Below are positions 16,898 to 28,081 of a stretch of 64,000 bases of DNA, piece by piece. The stretch spans positions 3,679-67,678 of the forward strand of contig SVLY01000006.1 of NCBI GenBank assembly GCA_015067715.1, in the 5' to 3' direction. The notes under the pieces were generated by a model. The model was not told where the DNA came from. It worked only from the letters and a program-made list of their open reading frames with translations, and did no database searches. The position numbers and the translations under genes were made by a program. Position 1 is the stretch's first letter. The number at the start of each line of letters is the position of its first letter. The DNA comes from Oscillospiraceae bacterium (GTDB taxonomy: Bacteria > Bacillota > Clostridia > Oscillospirales > QAMX01).

Positions 16898-17686
16898 TCA
16901 GTTTTTGCCGAATGCCGCATTAACTGCGGCCTCGGGAGAGACGGGAGCAACCGTGTCGGCAAGGTACAAAAGGTATTCCCGGTTTCCGTCGCCCCCGGAG
17001 ATGGGGCTTGGGATCAGCCCGGAGACCCTGTACCCAAGGCTTTGGGCAAAGGCGATAACGCTGTGGAGCACCCGGACGTGGTCGGCGGGTCTTTTCACCA
17101 CCCCGTGCTTGTCAAGGGCGCTTTTTCCGGCCTCGAACTGGGGCTTTACAAGTGCGATCACCGCACCGGCATTTTCGCACACGGCACGCACGGCGGGCGC
17201 GTCCAGTATTTTTGTGAGAGAGATAAATGAAACGTCTATTGAGCACAGCTCCGCCCCGGCGGTCATCTCCGGGGAGAGGGTGCGCACGTCGGTCTTTTCA
17301 AGGTTTGTGACTCGGCTGTCTGATGAAAGAATCGGGGCGAGCTGATCCCTGCCCACGTCCACGGCAAAGACCCCTGATGCGCCCTTTTCCAGCCACACCT
17401 GGGTAAAGCCACCGGTGGATGCGCCGACGTCAAGGCAGACCTTTCCCCTTACCTCGGGGGAAAAGGCCTCCAGAGCGGCAAGGAGCTTGTACGCCCCACG
17501 GCCGACGTATTCTTTTTCGGGGGTGAGTTCAATACTCTGTTCCGGAGAGACCTTTGCGGAGGCTTTGGTTATCTTTTTACCGTCCACGAAAACTCTGCCG
17601 GAGGTTATCGCGTTCTGTGCCTTGGTGCGGCTGTCGCAAAGGCCGCGCTCAAGAAGCAAAACGTCAAGTCGCTTATCTGTTTCCAC
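16898..17686 (-). CDS. tlyA: TlyA family rRNA methyltransferase
   Basis: S4 domain KRLD, LDVGASTGGFT, DVSFIS and VKPQFE motifs. Likely GTG start at 17686 overlapping the dxs end. Confidence 0.9.
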   Translation of the reverse strand: METDKRLDVLLLERGLCDSRTKAQNAITSGRVFVDGKKITKASAKVSPEQSIELTPEKEYVGRGAYKLLAALEAFSPEVRGKVCLDVGASTGGFTQVWLEKGASGVFAVDVGRDQLAPILSSDSRVTNLEKTDVRTLSPEMTAGAELCSIDVSFISLTKILDAPAVRAVCENAGAVIALVKPQFEAGKSALDKHGVVKRPADHVRVLHSVIAFAQSLGYRVSGLIPSPISGGDGNREYLLYLADTVAPVSPEAAVNAAFGKN

Positions 17687-19535
17687 GGCAGATCTCCGTT
17701 GCCCTGCGGGCAATTCCCGGGGCGTCAAGCCCGGCCTCGGCCATGAGCCCCTCAACGCTGTCCGCAGAATAGTAGCGGTTTTGGGCGTTTTGGGCGTAGA
17801 CCTGTCTGTGGGGGAGCATGGAGGCGAGCCGCGCGGCCATACAGCCGGAGTCGGAAAGCTCCTCGCAGAAGAGAATGGGGCCGGAAGAGAGCCTGTCTAT
17901 ATCCTCTGCGGGCAGGGGAAGAATTTGGGTGAGCTTGATTACTGCGGCGGAGATACCCTGTTCATTAAGAAGCTCTGCGGCGGCAAGCACGTTGTCCGTA
18001 AGCCGCCCGGCGGTGACGAGGGTGAGCTCATCCCCTGTTTTAAGCACCGCGGCGGAGTCTTTTGAAGTGTCGCCATCAAATGCCGCTCCCGCACCCCGGG
18101 GGTAACGGATGGCGGCGGGGGAGGAGGGGTCGCTGTGGACGGTGTCCATAACGCTTTCAAGCTCGGCGGAGTTTGCCGGCATGTATATTTTCATGCCGGG
18201 CACCAGCGAGAGCATTCCAACGTCGTAGAGTCCCTGGTGGGTCTCACCGTCCCCGGCGACGAAGCCTGCCCGGTCTATGCAGAACACAACGGGGAGATTC
18301 ATAATGCCCACGTCGTGCATTATCTGGTCGAAGGAGCGCTGGATAAAGGTGGAGTATATGGCGCAGAAGGGACGTATGCCGCCGGCGGAAAGACCTGCCG
18401 ACATGGTTACGGCGTGTTCCTCGGCAATGCCCACGTCGAAGTATCTGTTGGGATATTTTTTTGCAAAGCCGTCAAGCCCGGCGCCCTTTTGCATGGCGGC
18501 GGTTATGGCAGCGATCTTTTTATCTTTTTTGGCAAGCTCACAGAGCTTGTTACCAAAGACTGAGCTCATTGACTCTCCCGAAGAGGGGGGACATACGCCG
18601 GTTTTGGGATCGAAGGAGGACACGGCGTGGAACTTTTCCGGGTCGGCCATGCTGGGGCCCCAGCCCTTGCCCTTTTGGGTCACGGCGTGGATAACGACGG
18701 GGCGGTCGTAGGTCTTTATCTCGTTGAATATCTGAATAAGGGCAGAGATATCGTGACCGTCCACGGGGCCAACGTATTTAAAGCCCAGGCACTCGAAAAA
18801 CGCGCTGGGGATAATGGAGTATTTAATGCTGTTCTTAATACGTGTAAAGGCGGAATCCAGCATTTCTCCGGCGGGAAGAGCCCGCATAACGGAGTGATAG
18901 GTGTTTTTTGCGTCCAGATATTCCTTGTTCAGGCGCATTTTGGACAGCACCGAGGAAAAGGAACCCACGGTGTTGCCTATGGCCATGCCGTTGTCGTTGA
19001 AGACCACAACAACGGGAAGACGGGACGCACCTGCGTCGTTGAGAGCCTCGGTGACCATGCCCCCGGCAAGGGCGCCGTCCCCCAAAAAGGCGATAAAGCG
19101 CCGGTGGGGGTCACCGCCGGAGAGCCTGTGGGCACGGGCGAGACCCACCGCGGCAGAGACGGAGGTCGATCCGTGACCCGCCACGAAGGCGTCGGTATTG
19201 CTCTCGGCAGGCTTTGGAAAGCCCTCGAGACCGCCTTTTTTACGCAGGGAGGAAAAGCCGGAAAACCTTCCGGTGAGGAGCTTGTGGGTGTAACACTGGT
19301 GGCCAACGTCGAAGATAAGCCTGTCCCGGGAGGTGTCGAAACAGTATTCAAGTGCAACGGAAAGCTCAACCGCCCCCAGGTTCGATGCAAGGTGGCCTCC
19401 GGTTTTGGAGAGGCTTTCGATAAGAAAGCTTCTGATCTCGGTGCAAAGGGCGCGGAGCTCAGAAACGCTGTAGGAATGGAGCTTTTTATTTATATCCGGC
19501 GAAGAAAGCCGGGGGTATTTACGGTCTTGTGACAT
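17673..19535 (-). CDS. dxs: 1-deoxy-D-xylulose-5-phosphate synthase
   Basis: GGHLASNLG, DVGHQ, GDGA and DVGIAEEH motifs. Confidence 0.95.
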   Translation of the reverse strand: MSQDRKYPRLSSPDINKKLHSYSVSELRALCTEIRSFLIESLSKTGGHLASNLGAVELSVALEYCFDTSRDRLIFDVGHQCYTHKLLTGRFSGFSSLRKKGGLEGFPKPAESNTDAFVAGHGSTSVSAAVGLARAHRLSGGDPHRRFIAFLGDGALAGGMVTEALNDAGASRLPVVVVFNDNGMAIGNTVGSFSSVLSKMRLNKEYLDAKNTYHSVMRALPAGEMLDSAFTRIKNSIKYSIIPSAFFECLGFKYVGPVDGHDISALIQIFNEIKTYDRPVVIHAVTQKGKGWGPSMADPEKFHAVSSFDPKTGVCPPSSGESMSSVFGNKLCELAKKDKKIAAITAAMQKGAGLDGFAKKYPNRYFDVGIAEEHAVTMSAGLSAGGIRPFCAIYSTFIQRSFDQIMHDVGIMNLPVVFCIDRAGFVAGDGETHQGLYDVGMLSLVPGMKIYMPANSAELESVMDTVHSDPSSPAAIRYPRGAGAAFDGDTSKDSAAVLKTGDELTLVTAGRLTDNVLAAAELLNEQGISAAVIKLTQILPLPAEDIDRLSSGPILFCEELSDSGCMAARLASMLPHRQVYAQNAQNRYYSADSVEGLMAEAGLDAPGIARRATEICRGNR

Positions 19536-19706
19536 GGAATTATCTCCGTTCAGGTGTGAAAGGGCAGGGGGCATTTCCCTACCCGGTTATTGTATCACAC
19601 CGGGAGTTCAAATGCAAGTGTGTTCTGTATATATATACGCTTTTTGTATAAATGTCCCGTCTCCGGAGGGATTTTTCGGCAATACGGAGAACTTGTTTTG
19701 AAGCTG

Positions 19707-19735
19707 TTGACAACGGCACCCGATAATATTATAAT
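19707..19735 (+). promoter_or_regulatory. Perfect consensus sigma-A promoter heading the redox cluster
   Basis: TTGACA 19707-19712, 17 nt, TATAAT 19730-19735. Confidence 0.85.
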
Positions 19736-19771
19736 AATGTAGAATGGCGTAAAATGGAGGTCGAGTGCCTT

Positions 19772-20617
19772 ATGATCTGCGACAAGATAAATCTCAACGA
19801 AGAGTTCCCCGGATTACCCATGAATAAACGGCCGGCTATACTGGAATGCTGCTGCCGTTCTCCGCTGTTTTCTCCCGCTGAAAAGTATCCCGCAATGATC
19901 GTTTGCCCCGGCGGCGGATACTGGGGCACCGCTCCCCACGAGGGCGAGCCCGTTGCTCTGGCAATGCTGGGAGAGGGTATTCAGAGCTTCGTTCTCTGGT
20001 ACACCGTTCCCGATTCCTCCTGGCCCCAGTACCATCTTGAGCTTGCCGCCGCAGTGCTCTGGATAAGACGTAACGCCGGGCGCCTGGGTGTGGACGAAAA
20101 CGCCATCTCCGTTCTGGGCTTTTCTGCCGGATGCCATCTGGCCGGAAGCTATTCCGTCAACTGGGGAGACCCCATTTTTTACGAAACTCTGGGCGCAGAG
20201 CGTGAAGAGCTGAGAGTGAACGGCATGGTGCTTTGCTACGGCGTGCTCTACTCCGACGGGCCCTACGTCCATAAGGGAAGCATGGACAATCTCTTTAAGG
20301 GAAACGCCACTCCCGAGCTTCTGAAGAAAATGTCCGTTCCGGACAATATCACCCCCGAGACTCCTCCCGCGTTCATCTGGCACACCGCCGAGGACAACGG
20401 AGTTCCCGTTGAAAACAGCCTGGGGGTCGCCGCGGCTATGAGCGCGGCAAAGCGCCCCTTCGAGCTCCACGTCTATCCCCACGGGGGTCACGGTCTGTCC
20501 CTTGGATCCTGGCTTGTACAGCATCCGGACAACCGCGCCAACGGCAACAAGACCGTTGCAAAATGGATCCGCGACTGCGCCGATTGGGTCAAGAGCACCT
20601 TTGGATACGATTTTTAA
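19772..20617 (+). CDS. Alpha/beta hydrolase (esterase)
   Basis: CPGGGY oxyanion motif, GFSAG nucleophile, D..VP and GGHG motifs. Confidence 0.85.
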   Translation: MICDKINLNEEFPGLPMNKRPAILECCCRSPLFSPAEKYPAMIVCPGGGYWGTAPHEGEPVALAMLGEGIQSFVLWYTVPDSSWPQYHLELAAAVLWIRRNAGRLGVDENAISVLGFSAGCHLAGSYSVNWGDPIFYETLGAEREELRVNGMVLCYGVLYSDGPYVHKGSMDNLFKGNATPELLKKMSVPDNITPETPPAFIWHTAEDNGVPVENSLGVAAAMSAAKRPFELHVYPHGGHGLSLGSWLVQHPDNRANGNKTVAKWIRDCADWVKSTFGYDF

Positions 20618-20634
20618 AGGCAGGACCGTTTTAT

Positions 20635-22065
20635 TTGGATAACCGATTTACATTAAGAAAATTTGATACCAAGGTCCAGCACCTTAAATACAAGGTACTG
20701 CGACAGGTGGCAAGACACGCCTGGGACGGGGATCTGCTGGAGCACGTTGCGGACATCCCCATGGAGATCGTTCCGGGAAAGATACCCACGATGCGCTGCT
20801 GTGTTTACAAGGAGCGGGCGATACTTGCCCAGAGGGTAAAGCTTGCAATGGGCGGCCACAGGGACGATGACCGGGTCATCCACGTTATCGATATCGCCTG
20901 TGACGAGTGTCCCGCCGCGGGCTACGACGTTACCGACTCCTGCAGGGGCTGTCTTGCTCACCGATGTGAGGACGTTTGCAAGAGGGGAGCCATCTCCTTC
21001 GACCACAACCACGTCGCCCATATCGACAAATCAAAGTGCGTGGAGTGCGGAGCCTGCGCAAAGGTATGTCCCTTTGCGGCCATCGTAAACCGCAAGCGCC
21101 CCTGTCAGAACGCCTGTAAGATAAAGGCCATATCTATAAACAGCGAGGGTTCCGCCACGGTGGACTATTCAAAGTGCATCTCCTGCGGCGCCTGCGTTTA
21201 CCAGTGCCCCTTTGGGGCAATAACCGAAAAGTCCTACATTCTGGACGCCATCGACCTTTTGAAAAACGGTGATAAGAAGACATACGCCGTTATCGCCCCG
21301 TCCTTTGCAAGCCAGTTCACCCACGCCAGATCCGGCCAGGTGATCGCCGGGCTGAAAAAGCTGGGGTTTGCGGGAGTAGTCGAGGCCGCCCTCGGGGCGG
21401 ACATGGTTGCCCTTGCAGAGGCAAGAGAGCTGGCGGAAAAGGGCTTTCTCACAAGCTCCTGCTGTCCGGCGTTTGTGGAATATATCGAAAAGACCCACCC
21501 GGCGCTGCTTTCCCGGGTATCTTCCAATCTTTCGCCCATGGCGCTTATCTCTAAGCACCTGAAGGAAAAAGAACCGGATTGCTCCGTGGTTTTCATCGGT
21601 CCGTGTACCGCCAAAAAGGGCGAGGTGAAAAAGCCGGAGGTCAGACCCTGGGTGGACGTTGCACTCACCTTTGAAGAGCTTCAGGCTCTGTTTGACAGCC
21701 GGGATATCGACATACGCACCCTTGAAGACGCCGTTCTGGACGATGCTTCGTACTACGGGCGGATATTTGCCCGCAGCGGCGGACTTTCCGATGCCGTTAG
21801 ACGAGCTCTGGAAGAGCAGGGTATTGAATTCGACTTTAAGCCCGTGGTCTGCGACGGTATTGAAGAGTGCCGCGTGGCGCTTATAAAGGCCGGCCATGAC
21901 CATCTTGACGGAAACTTCATCGAGGGCATGGCCTGTGTGGGCGGATGCATCGGCGGAGCGGGATGTCTTACCCACGGAGAAAAGAACCGGGCCGGTGTGG
22001 ACAAATACGGCCGCGAGGCCCACGAAAAAAACATGACGGACGCCGCAGGCGCCCTGAACACATAG
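20635..22065 (+). CDS. Monomeric [FeFe]-hydrogenase with ferredoxin domains (group B-like)
   Basis: H-cluster motifs TSSCCPAF, GPCTAKKGE and EGMACVGGCIGGAG, plus CxxCxxCxxxCP motifs. Start uncertain (TTG 20635). Confidence 0.85.
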   Translation: MDNRFTLRKFDTKVQHLKYKVLRQVARHAWDGDLLEHVADIPMEIVPGKIPTMRCCVYKERAILAQRVKLAMGGHRDDDRVIHVIDIACDECPAAGYDVTDSCRGCLAHRCEDVCKRGAISFDHNHVAHIDKSKCVECGACAKVCPFAAIVNRKRPCQNACKIKAISINSEGSATVDYSKCISCGACVYQCPFGAITEKSYILDAIDLLKNGDKKTYAVIAPSFASQFTHARSGQVIAGLKKLGFAGVVEAALGADMVALAEARELAEKGFLTSSCCPAFVEYIEKTHPALLSRVSSNLSPMALISKHLKEKEPDCSVVFIGPCTAKKGEVKKPEVRPWVDVALTFEELQALFDSRDIDIRTLEDAVLDDASYYGRIFARSGGLSDAVRRALEEQGIEFDFKPVVCDGIEECRVALIKAGHDHLDGNFIEGMACVGGCIGGAGCLTHGEKNRAGVDKYGREAHEKNMTDAAGALNT

Positions 22066-22095
22066 ATCACTGACAACAAAGGGAAGGAAATATAT

Positions 22096-23040
22096 ATGAA
22101 CAAAATCACAATCATAGGCACGGGAAGCGTCGGCTCCACCATTGCCTACACACTCACCGTAACCGGTCTTGCATCGGAGATCGTCATGATCGACATCAAC
22201 GGCGCAAAGGCCATGGGCGAGGCTCTGGACATCCGCCAGGGTACCCCCTTCTGCAACTCCTGCACCATCTATGCCGGCAGCTACGCCGACGCCGCAGGCT
22301 CTGACATCGTCATTCTCACCTCCGGTGTTGCACGTAAGCCCGGCCAGAGCAGACTTGACCTTGCCCAGACCAACGTCAACATCACCAAGACCATCATCCC
22401 CTGGATAACCAAGTACGCCCCCGACGCCACCTACGTTATCGTTTCCAACCCCGTGGACATTCTCACCTACACCTTCTGCAAATACTCCGGTCTTCCCGAA
22501 GAGCGCATCATCGGCTCCGGCACCATTCTGGACACCGCCCGTCTACGCTCCCGCCTTTCCGAGTACTATTCCATAAACCAGCAGAACGTCCACGCCTATG
22601 TTCTGGGCGAGCACGGCGATTCCTCCTTCATTCCCTGGTCCGTTGCCAATATCTCCAACGTTCCCATCGACGCCTACCGCGACTCTCTCATCCACACCGA
22701 CGCCGTTTACCCCGAGCTTATCACTGAAGAGGTTGAGGAATACGTCCGCAAGTCCGGCGCCCGTGTTATCGAGCGCAAGGGAGCCACCTTCTACGCAGTT
22801 TCCATCTCCGTATGCCACCTGTGCAAATGTCTGCTCAGCGGCATAGACACTACCCTCACCGTTTCAACCATGCTCCACGGCGAGTACGGCATTGAGGACA
22901 TCTGCCTCAGCCTTGTGAACGTGGTCGGCAAAAAGGGCGCCCACAGCAAGCTTCTGCTTCCCCTTACCGACAGCGAGCTTGCCGCTCTCCACAAGAGCGC
23001 AGAAAGCCTGAGAAACGTTATCAACAATATCTCCATCTGA
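22096..23040 (+). CDS. LDH/MDH-family dehydrogenase, probably malate dehydrogenase
   Basis: IIGTGSVG, SNPVD, LDTAR and GEHGDS motifs. Specificity loop GVARKPGQSR has Arg (MDH) rather than Gln (LDH). Adjacent to fumC. Confidence 0.75.
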   Translation: MNKITIIGTGSVGSTIAYTLTVTGLASEIVMIDINGAKAMGEALDIRQGTPFCNSCTIYAGSYADAAGSDIVILTSGVARKPGQSRLDLAQTNVNITKTIIPWITKYAPDATYVIVSNPVDILTYTFCKYSGLPEERIIGSGTILDTARLRSRLSEYYSINQQNVHAYVLGEHGDSSFIPWSVANISNVPIDAYRDSLIHTDAVYPELITEEVEEYVRKSGARVIERKGATFYAVSISVCHLCKCLLSGIDTTLTVSTMLHGEYGIEDICLSLVNVVGKKGAHSKLLLPLTDSELAALHKSAESLRNVINNISI

Positions 23041-23073
23041 GACGACCGAGTATAAGAAAGGAAGATATATCAA

Positions 23074-24450
<1,377 letters not shown>

Positions 24451-24472
24451 TTAACAGAGGAGAACCGAAAAG

Positions 24473-25261
24473 ATGAAACTTAGCTATTTCCCGGGATGCA
24501 CCCTGAAAAACAAAGCCGCAGACCTTGACCGCTACGCAAGGCTTTGCGCCGAGGCTCTGGGTGTTACTCTGGAAGAGATCGAAGAGTGGCAGTGCTGCGG
24601 AGGCGTGTTCACCACCTCCACGGACGAGGTCGCAACAAAGCTTGCCTCCGTCCGGGCTCTTGCAGACGCCAAAAAGCAGGGCAGACCTCTTGTCAGCGTT
24701 TGCTCTGCCTGCCACAACGTTATAAAGCAGACCAACCACGCCATGCAGACCAACGCCGAATTTGCGGACAAGGTCAACCGTTACATGGCTCCCGAGAGCT
24801 ACGACGGCTCTGCCGAGGTCGTCCACTATCTGGAGATGCTCCGGGATATCGTTGGCCTTGACAAGCTCGCCGCCGCAGTCAAAAACCCCCTTAAGGGCAA
24901 AAAGATCGCCGCCTACTACGGCTGTCTTCTGCTGAGACCGGGCTCCGTTATGGCAATGGACGATCCCGAAAACCCCAGGATCATGGAGGATATCATCACC
25001 GCCATCGGCGCCGAGCCTGTTATCTACCCCTACCGCAACGAGTGCTGCGGAGGCTACGTGGTTATGGAAAGCCCTGAGCTTGCGGGCAAAATGAGCAAAA
25101 AGGTCACCCAAAGTGCTCATGAGAAGGGCGCAGACCTCATCGTCACCGCTTGTCCCCTCTGCCGCTACAATCTTGTGAAGAACGGCTCTGACACTCCCGT
25201 TGTCTATTTCACAGAGCTTCTTGCCCAGGCTCTCGGTCTGAAGGAGGGCGAAGATGAGTAA
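24473..25261 (+). CDS. hdrB: Heterodisulfide reductase subunit B-like
   Basis: Two CCG domains: FPGC..WQCCGG..CSAC and YYGC..NECCGG..ACPLC. Confidence 0.9.
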   Translation: MKLSYFPGCTLKNKAADLDRYARLCAEALGVTLEEIEEWQCCGGVFTTSTDEVATKLASVRALADAKKQGRPLVSVCSACHNVIKQTNHAMQTNAEFADKVNRYMAPESYDGSAEVVHYLEMLRDIVGLDKLAAAVKNPLKGKKIAAYYGCLLLRPGSVMAMDDPENPRIMEDIITAIGAEPVIYPYRNECCGGYVVMESPELAGKMSKKVTQSAHEKGADLIVTACPLCRYNLVKNGSDTPVVYFTELLAQALGLKEGEDE

Positions 25262-25646
25262 TCCCATGGAAAACGTCCGCGAAGAGATAATCCGCCGAAG
25301 CGGAGTTGACCCCAAAAAGTGCATGCGCTGCGGCAAGTGCTCCGGCACCTGTCCGGCTTACGACGAGATGGAGTACCATCCCCACCAGTTTGTCTACATG
25401 GTGGAGTCCGGGGATATAGAACCCCTGATGAAGTCCGAATCCGTCTACCGCTGTCTTACCTGCTTTGCCTGTGTGGAGAGATGTCCCCGGGGCGTTGAGC
25501 CTGCAAAGCTTATCGAGGCAGTCCGCCTTGAGGTCATCCGTGCCTCCGGCGCAAACCATATGACCCCCGACCACGTGCCCGCCCTGCTGGACGACGAGAT
25601 CCCCCAGCAGGCTCTGGTAAGTGCGTTCAGAAAATATACCAAGTAA
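25254..25646 (+). CDS. hdrC: Heterodisulfide reductase subunit C-like
   Basis: CMRCGKCSGTCP and CLTCFACVERCP motifs. Confidence 0.9.
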   Translation: MSNPMENVREEIIRRSGVDPKKCMRCGKCSGTCPAYDEMEYHPHQFVYMVESGDIEPLMKSESVYRCLTCFACVERCPRGVEPAKLIEAVRLEVIRASGANHMTPDHVPALLDDEIPQQALVSAFRKYTK

Positions 25647-25661
25647 GGAGGAAAAGACTTT

Positions 25662-27656
25662 ATGCAGAGAATAGGTGTTTTTGTCTGCTGGTGCGGAAGC
25701 AATATTGCCGGAACAGTTGACGTTCAGGCTGTATCCGAGGCCCTTAAGACCGAGCCCGGCGTTGTCTTTTCCACCAACTATCAGTATATGTGCTCCCAGG
25801 CAGGTCAGGACATAATCAAAAATGCCATTGCCGAGCATAAGCTCACGGGCATCGTCGTCTGCTCCTGCTCACCCCGTATGCACGAGGCGACCTTCCGCAA
25901 GACCGCCGCGGCGGCAGGTCTCAACCCCTATATGGTGGAGATCGCCAACATCCGCGAGCAGTGCTCCTGGGTACATAAGGATATGCCCATCGGCACCGAA
26001 AAGGCCATCATCCTTGGCAGAGCGGCAATTGCAAAGGTAAACCTCAACACCCCCCTGACTCCCGGCGAAAGCCCCGTTACAAAGCGCGCTTTGGTCATCG
26101 GCGGCGGTATTGCCGGCATCCAGACCGCTCTGGATATTGCCGACGCGGGCTTTGAGGTGGACATCGTTGAGAAAAAGCCCACCATCGGCGGCAAAATGGC
26201 TCAGCTGGACAAGACCTTCCCCACGCTGGACTGTGCCGCGTGTATCCTCACTCCCAAAATGGTGGACGTTGCCCAGCACGAAAAGATCCGCATCTTCTCC
26301 TACAGCGAGGTTGAGGCTGTTTCGGGCTTCGTTGGCAATTTTGACGTTAAGATAAAGAAAAAGGCCCGCTTCGTGGACGAGACCAAGTGCACCGGCTGCG
26401 GCCTCTGCACCGAAAAGTGCCCCCAGAAAAAGGTTCCCAACGAGTTTAACCTGGGCATGGACAACCGCCGTGCGGTCTACATTCCCTTTGCCCAGGCAGT
26501 TCCCAAGGTTGCCACCATCGACGCGGACTACTGCAGTATGCTGAAAAACGGCAAGTGCGGCGTATGCGCCAAGGTGTGCACCGCCGGCGCCATAGACTAC
26601 AAACAGCAGGATCAGACCATTGAAGAAAAGTACGGCGCCATCGTCGTTGCCACGGGCTTTAACCCCATCAGCATGGACAAGTTCGATGAATATGCCTACA
26701 GCCAGTCCAAAGATGTTATAACCTCCCTTGAGTTCGAGCGTCTCACCAACGCCGCAGGTCCCACCGCGGGCAAGCTCCTGCGCCCCTCCGACGGAAAGCA
26801 TCCCCACACCATCGTGTTCGTCCAGTGCGTGGGCTCCAGATGCGACTCCTGCAGTGAAAAGGGCAAGGAATACTGCTCGAAGATCTGCTGTATGTACACC
26901 GCAAAGCACGCCATGCTCACCCGGGACAAGTATCCGGACACCGAAGTCTACGTGTTCTACATCGACGTTCGTACCCCCGGCAAGGCCTTCGACGAGTTCT
27001 ATCGCCGCGCCGTTGAGGAATACGGCGTTCACTATATCAAGGGCATGGTGGGCAAGGTCGCTCCCGAGGGCGACAAGCTCATGGTCCGTGCCAGCGATCT
27101 GCTTGCAAACAAGCAGCTGAACATCGAGGCTGACCTTGTGGTTCTTGCCGCCGCCATCGAGCCCGACAAGAGCGCCCGTCCCCTTGCAACCATGCTCACC
27201 GCCAGCATGGACACCAACGATTTCTTCACCGAGGCTCACCCCAAGCTCCGCCCCGTGGAAAGCCCCACCGCAGGTGTTTTCCTCTCCGGCGCGTGCCAGG
27301 GTCCCAAGGACATTCCCGAGACAGTCTCCCAGGCGGGAGCCGCCGCGGCAAAGGTCATCGGTCTGCTTGCCAAGGATAAGCTCACCGGCAACCCCTGCGT
27401 TGCATCTTCCGACGAGCTTATGTGCAACGGCTGTTCCTCCTGCGCCAACGTCTGCCCCTACGGCGCCATCACTTACGAAAACAAGGAATTCCGTATGCCG
27501 GACAGAACCGTTGCCATCCGCCGGGTCGCAAAGGTAAACCCCGCCGTTTGCCAGGGCTGTGGCGCGTGTACGGTGGCCTGTCCCTCCGGAGCCATGGACC
27601 TTAAGGGATTTGCAAGCTCACAGATCATTGCGGAGGTGGATGCAATATGCCGGTAA
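25662..27656 (+). CDS. hdrA: Heterodisulfide reductase subunit A (bifurcating FAD/FeS subunit)
   Basis: RIGVFVCWCG, CSPRMHE, NIREQCSWVH, GGGIAG, KTFPTLDC and CQGPKDIP motifs. Confidence 0.93.
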   Translation: MQRIGVFVCWCGSNIAGTVDVQAVSEALKTEPGVVFSTNYQYMCSQAGQDIIKNAIAEHKLTGIVVCSCSPRMHEATFRKTAAAAGLNPYMVEIANIREQCSWVHKDMPIGTEKAIILGRAAIAKVNLNTPLTPGESPVTKRALVIGGGIAGIQTALDIADAGFEVDIVEKKPTIGGKMAQLDKTFPTLDCAACILTPKMVDVAQHEKIRIFSYSEVEAVSGFVGNFDVKIKKKARFVDETKCTGCGLCTEKCPQKKVPNEFNLGMDNRRAVYIPFAQAVPKVATIDADYCSMLKNGKCGVCAKVCTAGAIDYKQQDQTIEEKYGAIVVATGFNPISMDKFDEYAYSQSKDVITSLEFERLTNAAGPTAGKLLRPSDGKHPHTIVFVQCVGSRCDSCSEKGKEYCSKICCMYTAKHAMLTRDKYPDTEVYVFYIDVRTPGKAFDEFYRRAVEEYGVHYIKGMVGKVAPEGDKLMVRASDLLANKQLNIEADLVVLAAAIEPDKSARPLATMLTASMDTNDFFTEAHPKLRPVESPTAGVFLSGACQGPKDIPETVSQAGAAAAKVIGLLAKDKLTGNPCVASSDELMCNGCSSCANVCPYGAITYENKEFRMPDRTVAIRRVAKVNPAVCQGCGACTVACPSGAMDLKGFASSQIIAEVDAICR

Positions 27657-28081
27657 ACGAATACAAGCCCCTTATCGTTGCCTTCTGCTGTAACTGGTGC
27701 TCCTACGCCGGTGCGGACCTTGCGGGCAACAACAGACTTAACTATCCCGCGGACGTAAAGATCATCCGCGTTCCCTGTTCCTGCCGGGTCAACCCCATGT
27801 TCATCCTTCGCGCCTTCCAGCGCGGAGCGGACGGTGTTATCATTTGCGGCTGTCACCCCGGAGACTGCCACTATACCTCCGGCAACTATTACACCCGCCG
27901 CAGAATGGCTCTGCTGTTCTCCATGCTGGACTATCTGGGCATCGAACGTGAGCGCACCAGAGTGGAGTGGGTCTCTGCCGCGGAAGGCGCAAAGTTTGCC
28001 GCCACAATGAACGATTTCGCCAAAACGGTTGCCGCCCTTGGTGAAAACAAAAGACTGGAGGATCTCAGATGCAAAAAATAA
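27647..28081 (+). CDS. flxD: MvhD-like [2Fe-2S] protein (FlxD)
   Basis: FCCNWCSYAGAD, RVPCS and GCHPGDCHY motifs. Confidence 0.88.
   Translation: MPVNEYKPLIVAFCCNWCSYAGADLAGNNRLNYPADVKIIRVPCSCRVNPMFILRAFQRGADGVIICGCHPGDCHYTSGNYYTRRRMALLFSMLDYLGIERERTRVEWVSAAEGAKFAATMNDFAKTVAALGENKRLEDLRCKK

Noticed and set aside
25662-28081. Selenocysteine recoding in HdrA or the MvhD-like protein
   Set aside because: Both ORFs are uninterrupted, with Cys at the expected positions and no in-frame TGA.
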